Assembly: GCA_964517685.1 (NCBI GenBank)
Contig: CAZFCF010000001.1
Location: 153,458 to 217,457 of the forward strand
Reading direction: 5' to 3'
Source of the DNA: an uncultured Gammaproteobacteria bacterium
GTDB taxonomy: Bacteria; Cyanobacteriota; Vampirovibrionia; LMEP-6097
DNA: 64,000 nt
This document shows positions 1-9,514 of the stretch, in pieces. The notes under the pieces were generated by a model. The model had not been told where the DNA came from and did not search any database. It saw nothing but the letters and a program-made list of their open reading frames with translations. Both the position numbers and the translations under genes were made by a program. Position 1 is the stretch's first letter. Every line of letters starts with the position of its first letter.

Positions 1-3
1 AGG

Positions 4-579
4 ATGCGTATATTGAATTCTTTGAAGCTTAAAGATTGGAATGCTAAAACTATAACCGCAAATCCAATTAAAGGTAATTTAGGTTTTGTAGAGGATCTGG
101 CGAAACTTGCTAGTTGTGAATTAGCTGCTGATCCAGCTAATATGCGTGATATAAAAGAATCAAATATTGCAAATAGAATTGATCGAACAGATTATTTCCA
201 CAAGTTAGATGCGATTGAAAAATTTGGTGCTGAAATAAAAAGTGCTAGGTTAGCTTCATTGATTGCGGGTGCTACTGCTGCAAGATTCATTTATAGATTG
301 AGTTCCAAAAATGAACCTACCAAGTTAATTAAAGCGCTTGATGATGCAAATTTTTTCTTGGAGGTACTGGGATATAATTCGCTTGATACTACTTTAGAAC
401 ATAAACAAGCAATTGAAGATTGCATTATCAAAGCAATGTATGGACCAAAAAGAGTAGCTATTCTATATAAAGCATTTCCTCTAAAGCAATTCTTTGAAGA
501 TGGACCTGTTACTGGTTATGACCAAGGTGGGATTTCTTTTTGGAAACTCGATAATATTTTAGCTAATACTAATGAATAG
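4..579 (+). CDS. hypothetical protein, possibly 5'-truncated by window edge
   Basis: ORF of 191 aa starting 3 nt from window start; no recognisable motif; overlaps by 11 nt the 3' end of the convergent 593-aa gene. Confidence 0.35.
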   Translation: MRILNSLKLKDWNAKTITANPIKGNLGFVEDLAKLASCELAADPANMRDIKESNIANRIDRTDYFHKLDAIEKFGAEIKSARLASLIAGATAARFIYRLSSKNEPTKLIKALDDANFFLEVLGYNSLDTTLEHKQAIEDCIIKAMYGPKRVAILYKAFPLKQFFEDGPVTGYDQGGISFWKLDNILANTNE

Positions 580-2350
580 TTTCAAGAAATGCATTTTTGC
601 GAGCTGCTTTTAATTCCTCATCGGTATAACTCAGACCTTGAGTGCGACCCTGCGTAGCTTGCAGACCGATTAAATTACCATTCAAATCAAAGTTAAAGCT
701 CATCTCGTTAATATCAGCCTTATGACTAATATTTGCTGTAAGGAGATCATATCTACTAGCAGTTAAGAGTCCTTCTGAATATTTTGGCAACTTAAGTTCC
801 CAGAAACCGTTTTTCTCTGGATTAAGCATGAGATAAAGGTCTTGAGAATTTCTATTGATTTTATAAGCCTCCACCTTGGCTTTCTCATGTAGTTGAGATT
901 CAATTTCTTGGTATTGGTTGTTTTGGAAAGCAAAAACTTTTTTGTTATTAGATTCGGTGTCTTCCGTTAAGAGAATCGCATTGCCAGTAGTTCTTGAGAG
1001 AATTTTAAAGTAAGCAGATAGCTCTTTTTCAGTTTGAAAAGTCTTTCCTGATATTTGTATTGGGCGATTTTTATCAAGAGCATTTGCTTTATTGAACCAA
1101 TCATTTTTTTCTAGATGATTTCTAAATGCTTTTAGTTGATCTAAAGAATATTTACCGTGCTTTAGTTTATTTGGATCTTCTGTGAAATTTTCTCTATTAA
1201 AATATTTTTGTAGTTTTTGAAATTCTTGATCACTTGCGTATTTTGAAGAAGACAATTTATCAATTAGATTTTTAACTTCCTGATGATTATTTTTGTATTC
1301 AGTTCTCTGAGCTTCATTTAGCTCTTGTCCGCTATTAAGTTTTTCGTTAATTTTACTATCTATAGTTTGCTCAATATTAGTTAGGATTTTATTGATTTCA
1401 TCTTTATCTTTAGGATCTATGGATTTAAGATCAGTTTCCATTTTATTTTTTATTGAACTCAGCTCATCTTTGCCAAGCGAATCATTTGCTTTATTTAGTC
1501 TATTATTGATTAAATCAATTACTAACTCTGGATGGTCTTTTTTGATTGAATTATATTGGATTTCTAGGTCGGAAATTTTGATATTACTATCACCTTGTTT
1601 GATTTTTTCTATATCAGCATTAATTTTCTCTACCTTGGTTAAAGCTTCTTGGTGATTGGGCTGTAGGCTAGGCTTTAAGTTTCCAGTATTGTCGTAATGC
1701 ATATCATGCAAATCCTTGAACTCACCTTGTAATTTTTGAGCAGTTTTATAATTTTCATAACTACCAAATTTATCTATTAAAGCTTGCTTTGCTTCATGAG
1801 CTTTATCGACATTTCCTTTTAGCGCTTCTGCAGATATAGGTGAATTTTTGATACTTTGCCAGCCTTTAGCATTCATTTCTTTGAAGCCATAATAATTTCC
1901 GTAGGCTTCATTGTTGCTCCTGAAAGCTAAGTAGTCCTTACCATTATGAGAAAATTTCACTAAACTGTTTTCTTTATTATCAAGCTGCCCATCAAGCATA
2001 TGTTCTTTAGCTTTAAAATCATCACGACCAAGTTTCACGCTATCACTGTCAGCACTTAAGTTCTGGGTGTTTATGGCGCCGGCATCATTCCAGGCGCTAT
2101 CTTTTGTTGCAGCTCTAATATTTGTAGGATTTGTTTGTAAATTAGAGCTTAATTGATTTTGCTCTTTGAAAGTGTTGGATATATTTGGTCCAAATTTTGG
2201 CACCGCACAAATTCCATTTGCACAATTTGGAGAGTCATTTACTAGCTTCTCTTCTAGCTGATCCTGCTTGAATTTGTTTTGCTTTTGCTTTTGCTCTTCT
2301 CTTAGTCTTAATTCAAGATCTAGATTTTGACCTATAATAATGTCTGTCAT
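569..2350 (-). CDS. large hydrophilic K/N/E-rich coiled-coil hypothetical protein (effector-like)
   Basis: 593-aa uninterrupted ORF, no signal peptide/TM, low-complexity charged repeats. Confidence 0.55.
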   Translation of the reverse strand: MTDIIIGQNLDLELRLREEQKQKQNKFKQDQLEEKLVNDSPNCANGICAVPKFGPNISNTFKEQNQLSSNLQTNPTNIRAATKDSAWNDAGAINTQNLSADSDSVKLGRDDFKAKEHMLDGQLDNKENSLVKFSHNGKDYLAFRSNNEAYGNYYGFKEMNAKGWQSIKNSPISAEALKGNVDKAHEAKQALIDKFGSYENYKTAQKLQGEFKDLHDMHYDNTGNLKPSLQPNHQEALTKVEKINADIEKIKQGDSNIKISDLEIQYNSIKKDHPELVIDLINNRLNKANDSLGKDELSSIKNKMETDLKSIDPKDKDEINKILTNIEQTIDSKINEKLNSGQELNEAQRTEYKNNHQEVKNLIDKLSSSKYASDQEFQKLQKYFNRENFTEDPNKLKHGKYSLDQLKAFRNHLEKNDWFNKANALDKNRPIQISGKTFQTEKELSAYFKILSRTTGNAILLTEDTESNNKKVFAFQNNQYQEIESQLHEKAKVEAYKINRNSQDLYLMLNPEKNGFWELKLPKYSEGLLTASRYDLLTANISHKADINEMSFNFDLNGNLIGLQATQGRTQGLSYTDEELKAARKNAFLETIH

Positions 2351-2544
2351 GAATTACCACCCTTACTTCGATGTGTTCTAGGTAATTGTTTAACACTTAT
2401 CGATTAAGATTGGGTTATAAAAACTGCTGAAATTTAATGTCCTGAATACTGGATTGATTTGTTTATAAAGCTTTTATTTAGGTATTTTAGGTTATTTATT
2501 TAATGATTAGAATACTGGATTTTTGGTAGGCTTAGGCAAATGCT

Positions 2545-2623
2545 GTCATTGCGAGGAGTGAAACGACGAAGCAATCTCCTTTGCGCAGGGGGATTGCTTC
2601 ATCCCTTCGGGATTCGCAATGAC
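2545..2623. repeat. modular palindromic repeat: GTCATTGCGAGG..CGAAGCAATC + TTGCGCAGGGGGATTGCTTC..GATTCGCAATGAC
   Basis: matches the inverted modules gtcattgcgag/ctcgcaatgac seen in ~17 copies in the window. Confidence 0.85.
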
Positions 2624-2647
2624 GAGAATTAATGACAATTGAAAAGA

Positions 2648-3775
2648 TCAAAAACTAAAATCCAAGCCTAGATTTTCATCTTGTTTTTCTATTAAATAAA
2701 ATAATTTATCACCGTTATTGTTTTCTGGCTCAGTTTTTACGGCTAATGCTTTGCGCTTTGAAGTTCTCTTCGGTCCTTTTAGACCGACTTTTAATTCATT
2801 GAATTCTTTTTTTGTATTAGGAAGAGTTTTTACTTCTTCTAGTTGGATGGTTTTAGAGTTATTTTTTAAATAATAAAACCCCAGAATGAAGAGAATTGCG
2901 GAAATAAGTAACAGGCAAATTATTACTACAGTGGCTTTAGCTCTAGTATTTGGAATTTTGACCATATGGTTTTTGTTTAAAGAGTTGTTGATATTAATTA
3001 ATTTTGGAAATAATAAATTTATTGAAGAGCCTTCACCAGCAAATGTATCAATTTCAATTTTACCTTGATGGAATAACATTATACTTGATAGTCCGCTAAG
3101 CCCATGTCCATCAGCATTTTGGAAAGAAGCATTTTTTAGTTTATTAACTACCTCTTGAGGCATGGCTTTACCAAAAGAGCTAATTCTAATTTGCCAGTGG
3201 CGAGATCTATCTTTAAGTTCAATTTTAATTTCATCTTCAGTGTATTTAAGAGCATTTTCAATAAGATTAATTAGAGCTTTTGAAACTAAATTGAAATTTC
3301 CTGCTATTAAAGCATGCTCGTTTTGACTGCAATTTGAAAATTTAATGCGATTAAAGTTACTGAGCTGAAAAAGCTCTAGTTCAAGTAAGTCTTTAAGGTC
3401 TATGGTTTCTTTTTTATAGAGTAAATCAAAATTTTTATAAAAATCAAAATCTTCATTAGAGTTTTCAAAAGCAATTAGATTATTTTTTAGTTCTTCAAAT
3501 AGTGATTGAAAATGAAAGGCAGCTCCTTTCGCAAAGTTATAACTATTTTCTGTATCTTGGTTATAAATAGAGGATTTGATCAATGCAAAAAAATTTGCTG
3601 CATCATGTAAATGTGAGAGATTCAGAGCGATTAAAGAATTGATGTAGTTTTTTACTTTATTTTTTTCTTTAAGTAAATTGGCTTGCTCGTGATATTGGTT
3701 GATTAATAAAGTGAGGCCTGCTGAAAACAATGCAGTAGCAATTAATATAATTGAAATTAACACCCCGTCCCCCAT
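2648..3775 (-). CDS. membrane-anchored histidine-kinase-like ATPase (HATPase_c-like)
   Basis: N-terminal TM; ENALKYT (N-box-like), GHGLSGLS (G2-like), possible H-box LSHLHDAAN; second TM and basic tail at C-terminus. Confidence 0.5.
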   Translation of the reverse strand: MGDGVLISIILIATALFSAGLTLLINQYHEQANLLKEKNKVKNYINSLIALNLSHLHDAANFFALIKSSIYNQDTENSYNFAKGAAFHFQSLFEELKNNLIAFENSNEDFDFYKNFDLLYKKETIDLKDLLELELFQLSNFNRIKFSNCSQNEHALIAGNFNLVSKALINLIENALKYTEDEIKIELKDRSRHWQIRISSFGKAMPQEVVNKLKNASFQNADGHGLSGLSSIMLFHQGKIEIDTFAGEGSSINLLFPKLININNSLNKNHMVKIPNTRAKATVVIICLLLISAILFILGFYYLKNNSKTIQLEEVKTLPNTKKEFNELKVGLKGPKRTSKRKALAVKTEPENNNGDKLFYLIEKQDENLGLDFSF

Positions 3776-3797
3776 GTGTAACTGCTTATTCTATCAT

Positions 3798-3834
3798 TTG
3801 CGCAGGGGGATTGCTTCACTGCGCTTGCAATGAC
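3798..3834. repeat. palindromic repeat half-unit TTGCGCAGGGGGATTGCTTC..GCAATGAC
   Basis: module shared with copies at 2582, 43413, 44169, 52172; abuts stop codon of the 3838..5085 gene. Confidence 0.8.
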
Positions 3835-3837
3835 GTT

Positions 3838-5085
3838 CTATTTCATTTTGAAAATATTTAAAGACAAAGGCAATAGAATAAAGCCAATGATGGAGATCAC
3901 TACTTCAAAGATTCCGTTATTAACATCGTTAAATTCTTGGGCTAAGAGTTTAATGAGTAAAAAAATTAAGGGTATTAAAGTCAAACTAAATAAGCATTTA
4001 GACCATTTAAAGAGGTTCTCAAAGAAGCTTTGTTTCAGGCTTGGAAACATTATAGTAAGAGCCCAGAGTGGGCTAATGATTTTGCCGAGAATGATAAAAA
4101 TGATTAAACCAATTACAAAGAAATAAACAAAAACTTGTGAAATGCTATCTATGATGCTCAGTATGAGTGCTGGCATATAGCCGATGTGGTTACTGATATT
4201 TTCCCAGCTTCTTTCTAGGCTGAAATAATCTAGTCCTAAGTCAATAAAATTAGTTTCAATAATGCTGTGTATGCCAGCTTGAATTAGTGTAATCATTTCT
4301 ATGATAATGTCTAAAATAGGTCCAAGAAAACTAATTAAAAGTAGGCATACTAGTGAGTCGTAGATAATTTGTGAGTAAGATTCATGGTGTTGTTCAGTGG
4401 GTTTTATATTTTTGAATACTCGCATTGTAGTAAATAGGGTTAGGAGTATATAAGCAATAACTTGAAAGAAATTAAATAAATCTTGGCAAACCCTTTTCTC
4501 TAGTAGGTTTTGTGTGATTAGAACTAAGTTGGAATGATCAAAGTTAAAGTAGTTTGAAAAATCACCAAAATTAGAGAGTATACCGCCAAATAAATTGCCG
4601 AGATTGAATATATCGGAATCTTCTTGATTACCACTAATAAATTTTTCAGTATTAATGTGTGAATTTAAATTAGAATTTAAAATTTCTTCAGTTGTTTTTC
4701 GGCGTTGATATTCAGGGTAACCTGCCAAAGTGTCTTTAATAGCATATTTGACTCCGTTCTTTACCTGGAAGGTGACATCGACAGCTCCAGTGCCGAGAGA
4801 AAATTTATTAAAACCAAAATTAGTTACTTGTTCCCTGACTTCACCAACAATGCTGTTATCAAATAAATCGGTGATGGTCTCTATAAAATCTGTTTCTTGA
4901 CTTGTATATTCCAAAGGAGATTTTTCTTTGTAAACATCGATTTTCTTGTTTTCCTCTTCAGGATATTGATTTTGAAAAATATTGCTTGGAATATCTAGAA
5001 TATTTAATTTAATCTGTGAGTCTTTTGCTTTAACCGCTGAAACACTGATAAATAATATGATTAAGGCTAAGTATAGTTTTTTCAT
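3838..5085 (-). CDS. T4SS VirB6/TrbL-like polytopic membrane protein
   Basis: signal peptide MKKLYLALIILFISVSAVKA, ~200-aa periplasmic region then >=6 hydrophobic helices; position downstream of VirB4 in canonical virB order. Confidence 0.4.
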   Translation of the reverse strand: MKKLYLALIILFISVSAVKAKDSQIKLNILDIPSNIFQNQYPEEENKKIDVYKEKSPLEYTSQETDFIETITDLFDNSIVGEVREQVTNFGFNKFSLGTGAVDVTFQVKNGVKYAIKDTLAGYPEYQRRKTTEEILNSNLNSHINTEKFISGNQEDSDIFNLGNLFGGILSNFGDFSNYFNFDHSNLVLITQNLLEKRVCQDLFNFFQVIAYILLTLFTTMRVFKNIKPTEQHHESYSQIIYDSLVCLLLISFLGPILDIIIEMITLIQAGIHSIIETNFIDLGLDYFSLERSWENISNHIGYMPALILSIIDSISQVFVYFFVIGLIIFIILGKIISPLWALTIMFPSLKQSFFENLFKWSKCLFSLTLIPLIFLLIKLLAQEFNDVNNGIFEVVISIIGFILLPLSLNIFKMK

Positions 5086-5633
5086 TGTTTCACCTTGAAT
5101 AGTGGTATTGCTTTAACTATCAAATCATCTTTATTAATAATCAATTCAATAGTTAAATTACGAGCTTGATACTTAGTATCACTAAATATTTCTTGACCTA
5201 GAACTATGACCTTATTTTCTTTTTCATTGAGCTCTTCTAAATAGAGATCCTCAATAGTAAAACTGCTATTCAAGTTTTGTTTTTGCCTGTTTTCAAGTTC
5301 AATGGCTAGAGTCTCACTAAAGAGGTTCATGTCGGTATGCTTCTGTATAAAATTAATCGACTCTTCAGAGGTTTTAAAGAAATTTTCTAGATATATATGA
5401 GTAAATTTTTTAATTTGCTCTGGGTTAATTGTTTTACTAGGTTCTTGATTTGATTTTACGGTCTGGGATTTTTCTTCTCTGGATATTGTTGGTATTTTTT
5501 TCTTATGCACTTCTAATAACTGAATAGTAAAAAACATATTGAGTATAAGGCTTAGACAGAGAGCTAGTTGTAGCTTCTTTACTAAGCCTGGCTGCGCCAT
5601 CCAGTCAAAGAATATAGTATTCTTCTCATCCAT
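5082..5633 (-). CDS. bitopic membrane protein, T4SS-associated (VirB5/VirB8-like position)
   Basis: 183 aa, single N-proximal TM (LALCLSLILNMFFTIQLL), overlaps neighbours by 4-8 nt (operon coupling). Confidence 0.3.
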   Translation of the reverse strand: MDEKNTIFFDWMAQPGLVKKLQLALCLSLILNMFFTIQLLEVHKKKIPTISREEKSQTVKSNQEPSKTINPEQIKKFTHIYLENFFKTSEESINFIQKHTDMNLFSETLAIELENRQKQNLNSSFTIEDLYLEELNEKENKVIVLGQEIFSDTKYQARNLTIELIINKDDLIVKAIPLFKVKQ

Positions 5634-8409
5634 GAATTAAAGTCCTTAGAAGTTCTTGGCTAGTATTTAATGCTGCTAATTTACTTGTTTGTGTTTGTTT
5701 AAAATTTTCAAAGAGCTGATTCCTTTTATTTGCAAATTCTCTGGTTGAATTAGTCAGAATATTTTCAAGTGGATTAAGACTAATATTCATAAGTCCACTA
5801 GAACGAGTGCTTTTCATAAATACAGTACCCGCGTTATTCAAGAGCCCTGAATTAATGATTTCAGATTCTTTCTCTGTTAAATTACTAAATCGTGAAATTT
5901 CAAATCTATCTTTAAATTCTTTCAATTGAAAAACAAAAGAACAAGAAGAGTTCGAATGAACTTCAGCAGGTAGGTCACAAGGTTTTTGGGAGATAGTCCA
6001 AAGCCCAAGATCTAGTCCTCTACCAGCTCTGGCGAGGTGAGTAAGTAAGTCTTTTGCGTATACTGACTTATTACTGCCAAATAATTTCCATGCTTCATCA
6101 ATAATTAAATTGGTCTTAGCTTGCTTGAAGAAAACTATTTTTTTGGAAATAAAATTAACTACTAGAAATAAACTGGCTCTAATAAAGCTCTCATCACTAG
6201 TGATTTTGGAAAAAGTGAATAGAACTAAGCGATCGTTAATTTTAAGTTCTTGACCATCAGCAAGAGCAGCATAAATACCATTACTGATATAACAATATGG
6301 AGAAATGATTTCTAACCATTCTTTGCTTAATGCTGCTGAATTAGTTTCTGTATAAGCTTTCCATAGATTGTATAAATCACTAAAACGAGGTTTAGCATAT
6401 TGTGCATAGAGCTCTTTAAGGCTCTGTATCAAGAAAGCCTTCTCACCTGTCTGTAATTCTTTATCAGGACTTTTCAGTAGTTTTAGAAAATTAATTAAAT
6501 CATCGATGTGTTGATTGAGATTGTATCTTGGACATTGAGTAAATTCAAAAGGTGCAAATAAAGACTCACCTTCATCTAAGTTGATCTTGTCTATTTCTAT
6601 AATTTTGCCACCTAGATAATTAGTGAAGAAGCTCCAACCATCTTCAGTACTATCTACTATGTAAAAAAATCTATCTTGCTCGGCAAACATCCTTAATAAG
6701 AGGATTTTGGCTAAGACGGTTTTGCCAGAACCCGAATCACCAATAAAATTAAAATTTCTATTGTGAAACTCTGAGCGATTATAGTCATCTACAAAAATTA
6801 CTTTTTGTGATTTATGATCAAAGCCTGCTATGAAACCTTCTTTCGAGCCAATTTGTGATCTTATGAAGGGGAAGCAAGCTTTAGCAAAGTCTAAACAGGC
6901 AAAGTGCATTTCCTTGTCATTTAGCTTGTTATAGGCAAAGGGTAGCGAATAGTGATAGTTTGGAACCTGTTGCCTATCTAGTCCTGAAATCTTGGAATAT
7001 TTAATTGAGCTTAAAATACTATTATCGATTTTTTGTAATTCATTTAGATCTTTACAAAAAATAGTAATGAAAATTGATATATCAAAACTTATAGCTTTCT
7101 CTAAAAGTTTCTGACTGGCAAGTTCGGTTTCTTTTATGATTGCTAAAGTGCTTTGCCTGCTGAGGTTTGAGAGTTGTTTAGAGTAGATGGATTTTTGTTC
7201 TAATTTTAATCTGTCCTTTAAAGCATTGCGGCTTAGTAACTGAATGCTAATTATGGATTTACAAGAAGTGTTTTTGATGAAATCATAAACCCAAAAATCT
7301 AAGTCACCGCTTTCTGGACTGAAAACCATTCGATAGGTTTTTGTAATGGTCGGGGAATCTTTGCTTGATTTATGCTCTATATACTTTGCTCTATCAATTA
7401 GTTTAATTTCTTCATTAGTTAAGGACTGGATCCTTACGCTTCGCTCAGGATGACGATTAGGGTCGAAGTATTCTTTACCAAGCCATTTTTCTGTGAAATT
7501 TTGTAAATCTATATGCTCTAATTGTTCTGATTGAATATTATTGTTTTGGAAAAATTCTTGGATCTTTTTGATTTTCTGTTTGAGTAAATAATTTTCCTCT
7601 ATAAGTGCTTGCTGCTCTTTTTCTAAAATTGCTTCTTTGTTTTTATTAAAATATTTATTGTAGAAAGCAAACAAAGACTTAAAAATTGGGTGAATGTTGT
7701 TTCTTTGGTTTTTTTGCCTGATAATCATATAAAAATTAGTTTCTGGAATAAATTTCTCTTCGCTTGTTTTGGCTTGAAGGTAGTCACTGTATGCTTTTTG
7801 GTAGTTTTGATAGTTAAGACAATCGCTCTGGATATCATTTAGTATTGGCATTTGGTAAGAATCTATTTCAATAAAGAGCTGAATGATATCGCCATAGTTT
7901 TTTTCTGAAAAGAAATATGATTTGATATTTTTGATTTCAGAAACAGTAGCGAGAATATTTTCCCAATTGCGTAAGAAGTTTTCTATTTCAGTTTTATCCA
8001 GGCGATTTAAAACAATTCCACTTTGGATTTTTATAATTGCTATTTGATCGTTGTCCTTGCTAAGTAAAAAATCATCATAGAGAGATTTAATATCAATTAG
8101 TTCTTTAGTGGAGATATAGCCTTGAGAGTTTTTGCCTCTAGTAAAATGATGATTTGCAAATGGGTGAAATATAAATGAGCTATAGAATCCTTTGATTTCT
8201 GGTTCCTGACTGCTTTTGATAACTAAGCTAAGAATGATCATATAGAGCGTAGCTAGGAAAATTAGTAATGGGCTATTTAGGGCTAATCTTAAGGATAGGG
8301 CGATATAGAGGAGTGATATGGAAAGAAGAAGGATCTTCAATATTGCCCAAAGATTGAGCCCTAGAAATAGCTCAGGCTCTTTTTTAATATGTCGGAAGGT
8401 TTGGATCAT
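5626..8409 (-). CDS. virB4: type IV secretion ATPase, VirB3-VirB4 fusion type (CagE/TraG-like)
   Basis: N-terminal two TM helices (VirB3-like), Walker A GDSGSGKT, Walker B/VirB4 signature IIDEAWKLF, C-terminal WTISQKP (VirB4 motif). Confidence 0.75.
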   Translation of the reverse strand: MIQTFRHIKKEPELFLGLNLWAILKILLLSISLLYIALSLRLALNSPLLIFLATLYMIILSLVIKSSQEPEIKGFYSSFIFHPFANHHFTRGKNSQGYISTKELIDIKSLYDDFLLSKDNDQIAIIKIQSGIVLNRLDKTEIENFLRNWENILATVSEIKNIKSYFFSEKNYGDIIQLFIEIDSYQMPILNDIQSDCLNYQNYQKAYSDYLQAKTSEEKFIPETNFYMIIRQKNQRNNIHPIFKSLFAFYNKYFNKNKEAILEKEQQALIEENYLLKQKIKKIQEFFQNNNIQSEQLEHIDLQNFTEKWLGKEYFDPNRHPERSVRIQSLTNEEIKLIDRAKYIEHKSSKDSPTITKTYRMVFSPESGDLDFWVYDFIKNTSCKSIISIQLLSRNALKDRLKLEQKSIYSKQLSNLSRQSTLAIIKETELASQKLLEKAISFDISIFITIFCKDLNELQKIDNSILSSIKYSKISGLDRQQVPNYHYSLPFAYNKLNDKEMHFACLDFAKACFPFIRSQIGSKEGFIAGFDHKSQKVIFVDDYNRSEFHNRNFNFIGDSGSGKTVLAKILLLRMFAEQDRFFYIVDSTEDGWSFFTNYLGGKIIEIDKINLDEGESLFAPFEFTQCPRYNLNQHIDDLINFLKLLKSPDKELQTGEKAFLIQSLKELYAQYAKPRFSDLYNLWKAYTETNSAALSKEWLEIISPYCYISNGIYAALADGQELKINDRLVLFTFSKITSDESFIRASLFLVVNFISKKIVFFKQAKTNLIIDEAWKLFGSNKSVYAKDLLTHLARAGRGLDLGLWTISQKPCDLPAEVHSNSSCSFVFQLKEFKDRFEISRFSNLTEKESEIINSGLLNNAGTVFMKSTRSSGLMNISLNPLENILTNSTREFANKRNQLFENFKQTQTSKLAALNTSQELLRTLIHG

Positions 8410-8864
8410 TATGCCGGCAAACCACGTGAAAGATTATTGAGTAAGTTGTATCCACCTAGACCGACAGCAGCCAATGGTGAAGCAGTTTGTAACATGTCCC
8501 CCAGTTGTGCTGTTAGACCATAAAAACTACTAACATAATCACTTGAGACATTATTGGCTACGTCGCCATATAGAGTGTTCATACTAAACTCTCCACCGAC
8601 ATCACCGATAATGCTAAATATCAGTGGCAGTATTTGGATAAGGAAAACTCCAGCAGTTGTAGTGCCTACGGAGGTAACGATAGCCGTAGTTCCCTGTGCT
8701 TGATTTCCCCCTTCTCTAGTGACTCTTAGGGCTTTATGTTTACCTAAGATCCTTTCTTCGAGCATCCTATAAGCCCAAATCGGACTTGTGGCTGCTGCTA
8801 GTAGTACAAGGCTCTTTAGGCAAAATCCTAATACTGCTACTGAATTCATTACTAATATGTTCAT
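8409..8864 (-). CDS. small hydrophobic protein, candidate VirB2/TraE-type pilin
   Basis: 151 aa, hydrophobic N-terminus plus Gly/Thr-rich hydrophobic core; immediately upstream of virB4; start ambiguous (alt. Met at ~8765). Confidence 0.3.
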   Translation of the reverse strand: MNILVMNSVAVLGFCLKSLVLLAAATSPIWAYRMLEERILGKHKALRVTREGGNQAQGTTAIVTSVGTTTAGVFLIQILPLIFSIIGDVGGEFSMNTLYGDVANNVSSDYVSSFYGLTAQLGDMLQTASPLAAVGLGGYNLLNNLSRGLPA

Positions 8865-9438
8865 CTTTTAGTGCCTCCTTTAAAGCTTCTAATGCGACTT
8901 TGATTTGATAAGTTTTGGGTTTGAGTAAGAAATATTTTTGTTGAATTTTAGTGGTGATAACTAAGGTTATAAAAACTGAAAAACTTAGCCAAGCTATCAT
9001 AAACACTAAATTCTTATTGAGAAATAGAAAAATATTAGGCAGGGCTGAAAGTAATAAAAGTAAACCTGAGCTGAGAAAAATAGTCGTTCCACAAAACATT
9101 GAAAACGGTTTGGTTTTTTCTATTTCTTCGAGTCTTGGAATAAACTTCCTGATTACTTTTAAACTGGTATTGGCTTTGAGATTTTTGATTTTCTCCTGAA
9201 AACAGTTATAGACTTTATGCTCAGCTGCATGAAATTCTTTGGCTAACCTCGATAGTTCACCGTTAATAGTGCGATATGGTGGTGCACCTAGGTAAGAACC
9301 AGTCTTGATCGGAGCTAAATCCTCATTTGCATAGAAGATCTCATCGAGATCAATCTTGGCGTATGCGGTTTTTTTGCCTATTGAAAAATAAATAGCACCT
9401 GGCTCGCTGTAGCCGTCCATTCTTTGTCCCCCTGTCAA
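8767..9438 (-). CDS. hypothetical membrane protein
   Basis: 223-aa ORF with C-terminal TM helices; first gene of the minus-strand T4SS-like block. Confidence 0.3.
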   Translation of the reverse strand: MTGGQRMDGYSEPGAIYFSIGKKTAYAKIDLDEIFYANEDLAPIKTGSYLGAPPYRTINGELSRLAKEFHAAEHKVYNCFQEKIKNLKANTSLKVIRKFIPRLEEIEKTKPFSMFCGTTIFLSSGLLLLLSALPNIFLFLNKNLVFMIAWLSFSVFITLVITTKIQQKYFLLKPKTYQIKVALEALKEALKDEHISNEFSSSIRILPKEPCTTSSSHKSDLGL

Positions 9439-9514
9439 AAAATAAAAATAGCAAACCAGCTTCAGAAATGAAAGGGGTCGAAAGTACTTTTTGATTCAAA
9501 ATAACTAGCTTCGC

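Noticed and set aside
1392-1655. Multiple short antisense ORFs (e.g. 1392..1655, 24161..24550, 27366..27632, 27714..28076, 12298..13860 set, 62142..62342, 62763..63014) inside well-supported genes
   Set aside because: They are fully embedded antisense to long conserved CDSs, have no motifs, and AT-rich genomes generate such ORFs by chance.
8767-9438. Assigning 8767..9438 as a specific T4SS component (e.g. VirB1 or VirB2)
   Set aside because: No lytic transglycosylase or pilin motifs recognised; only position and hydrophobic C-terminus support a link.
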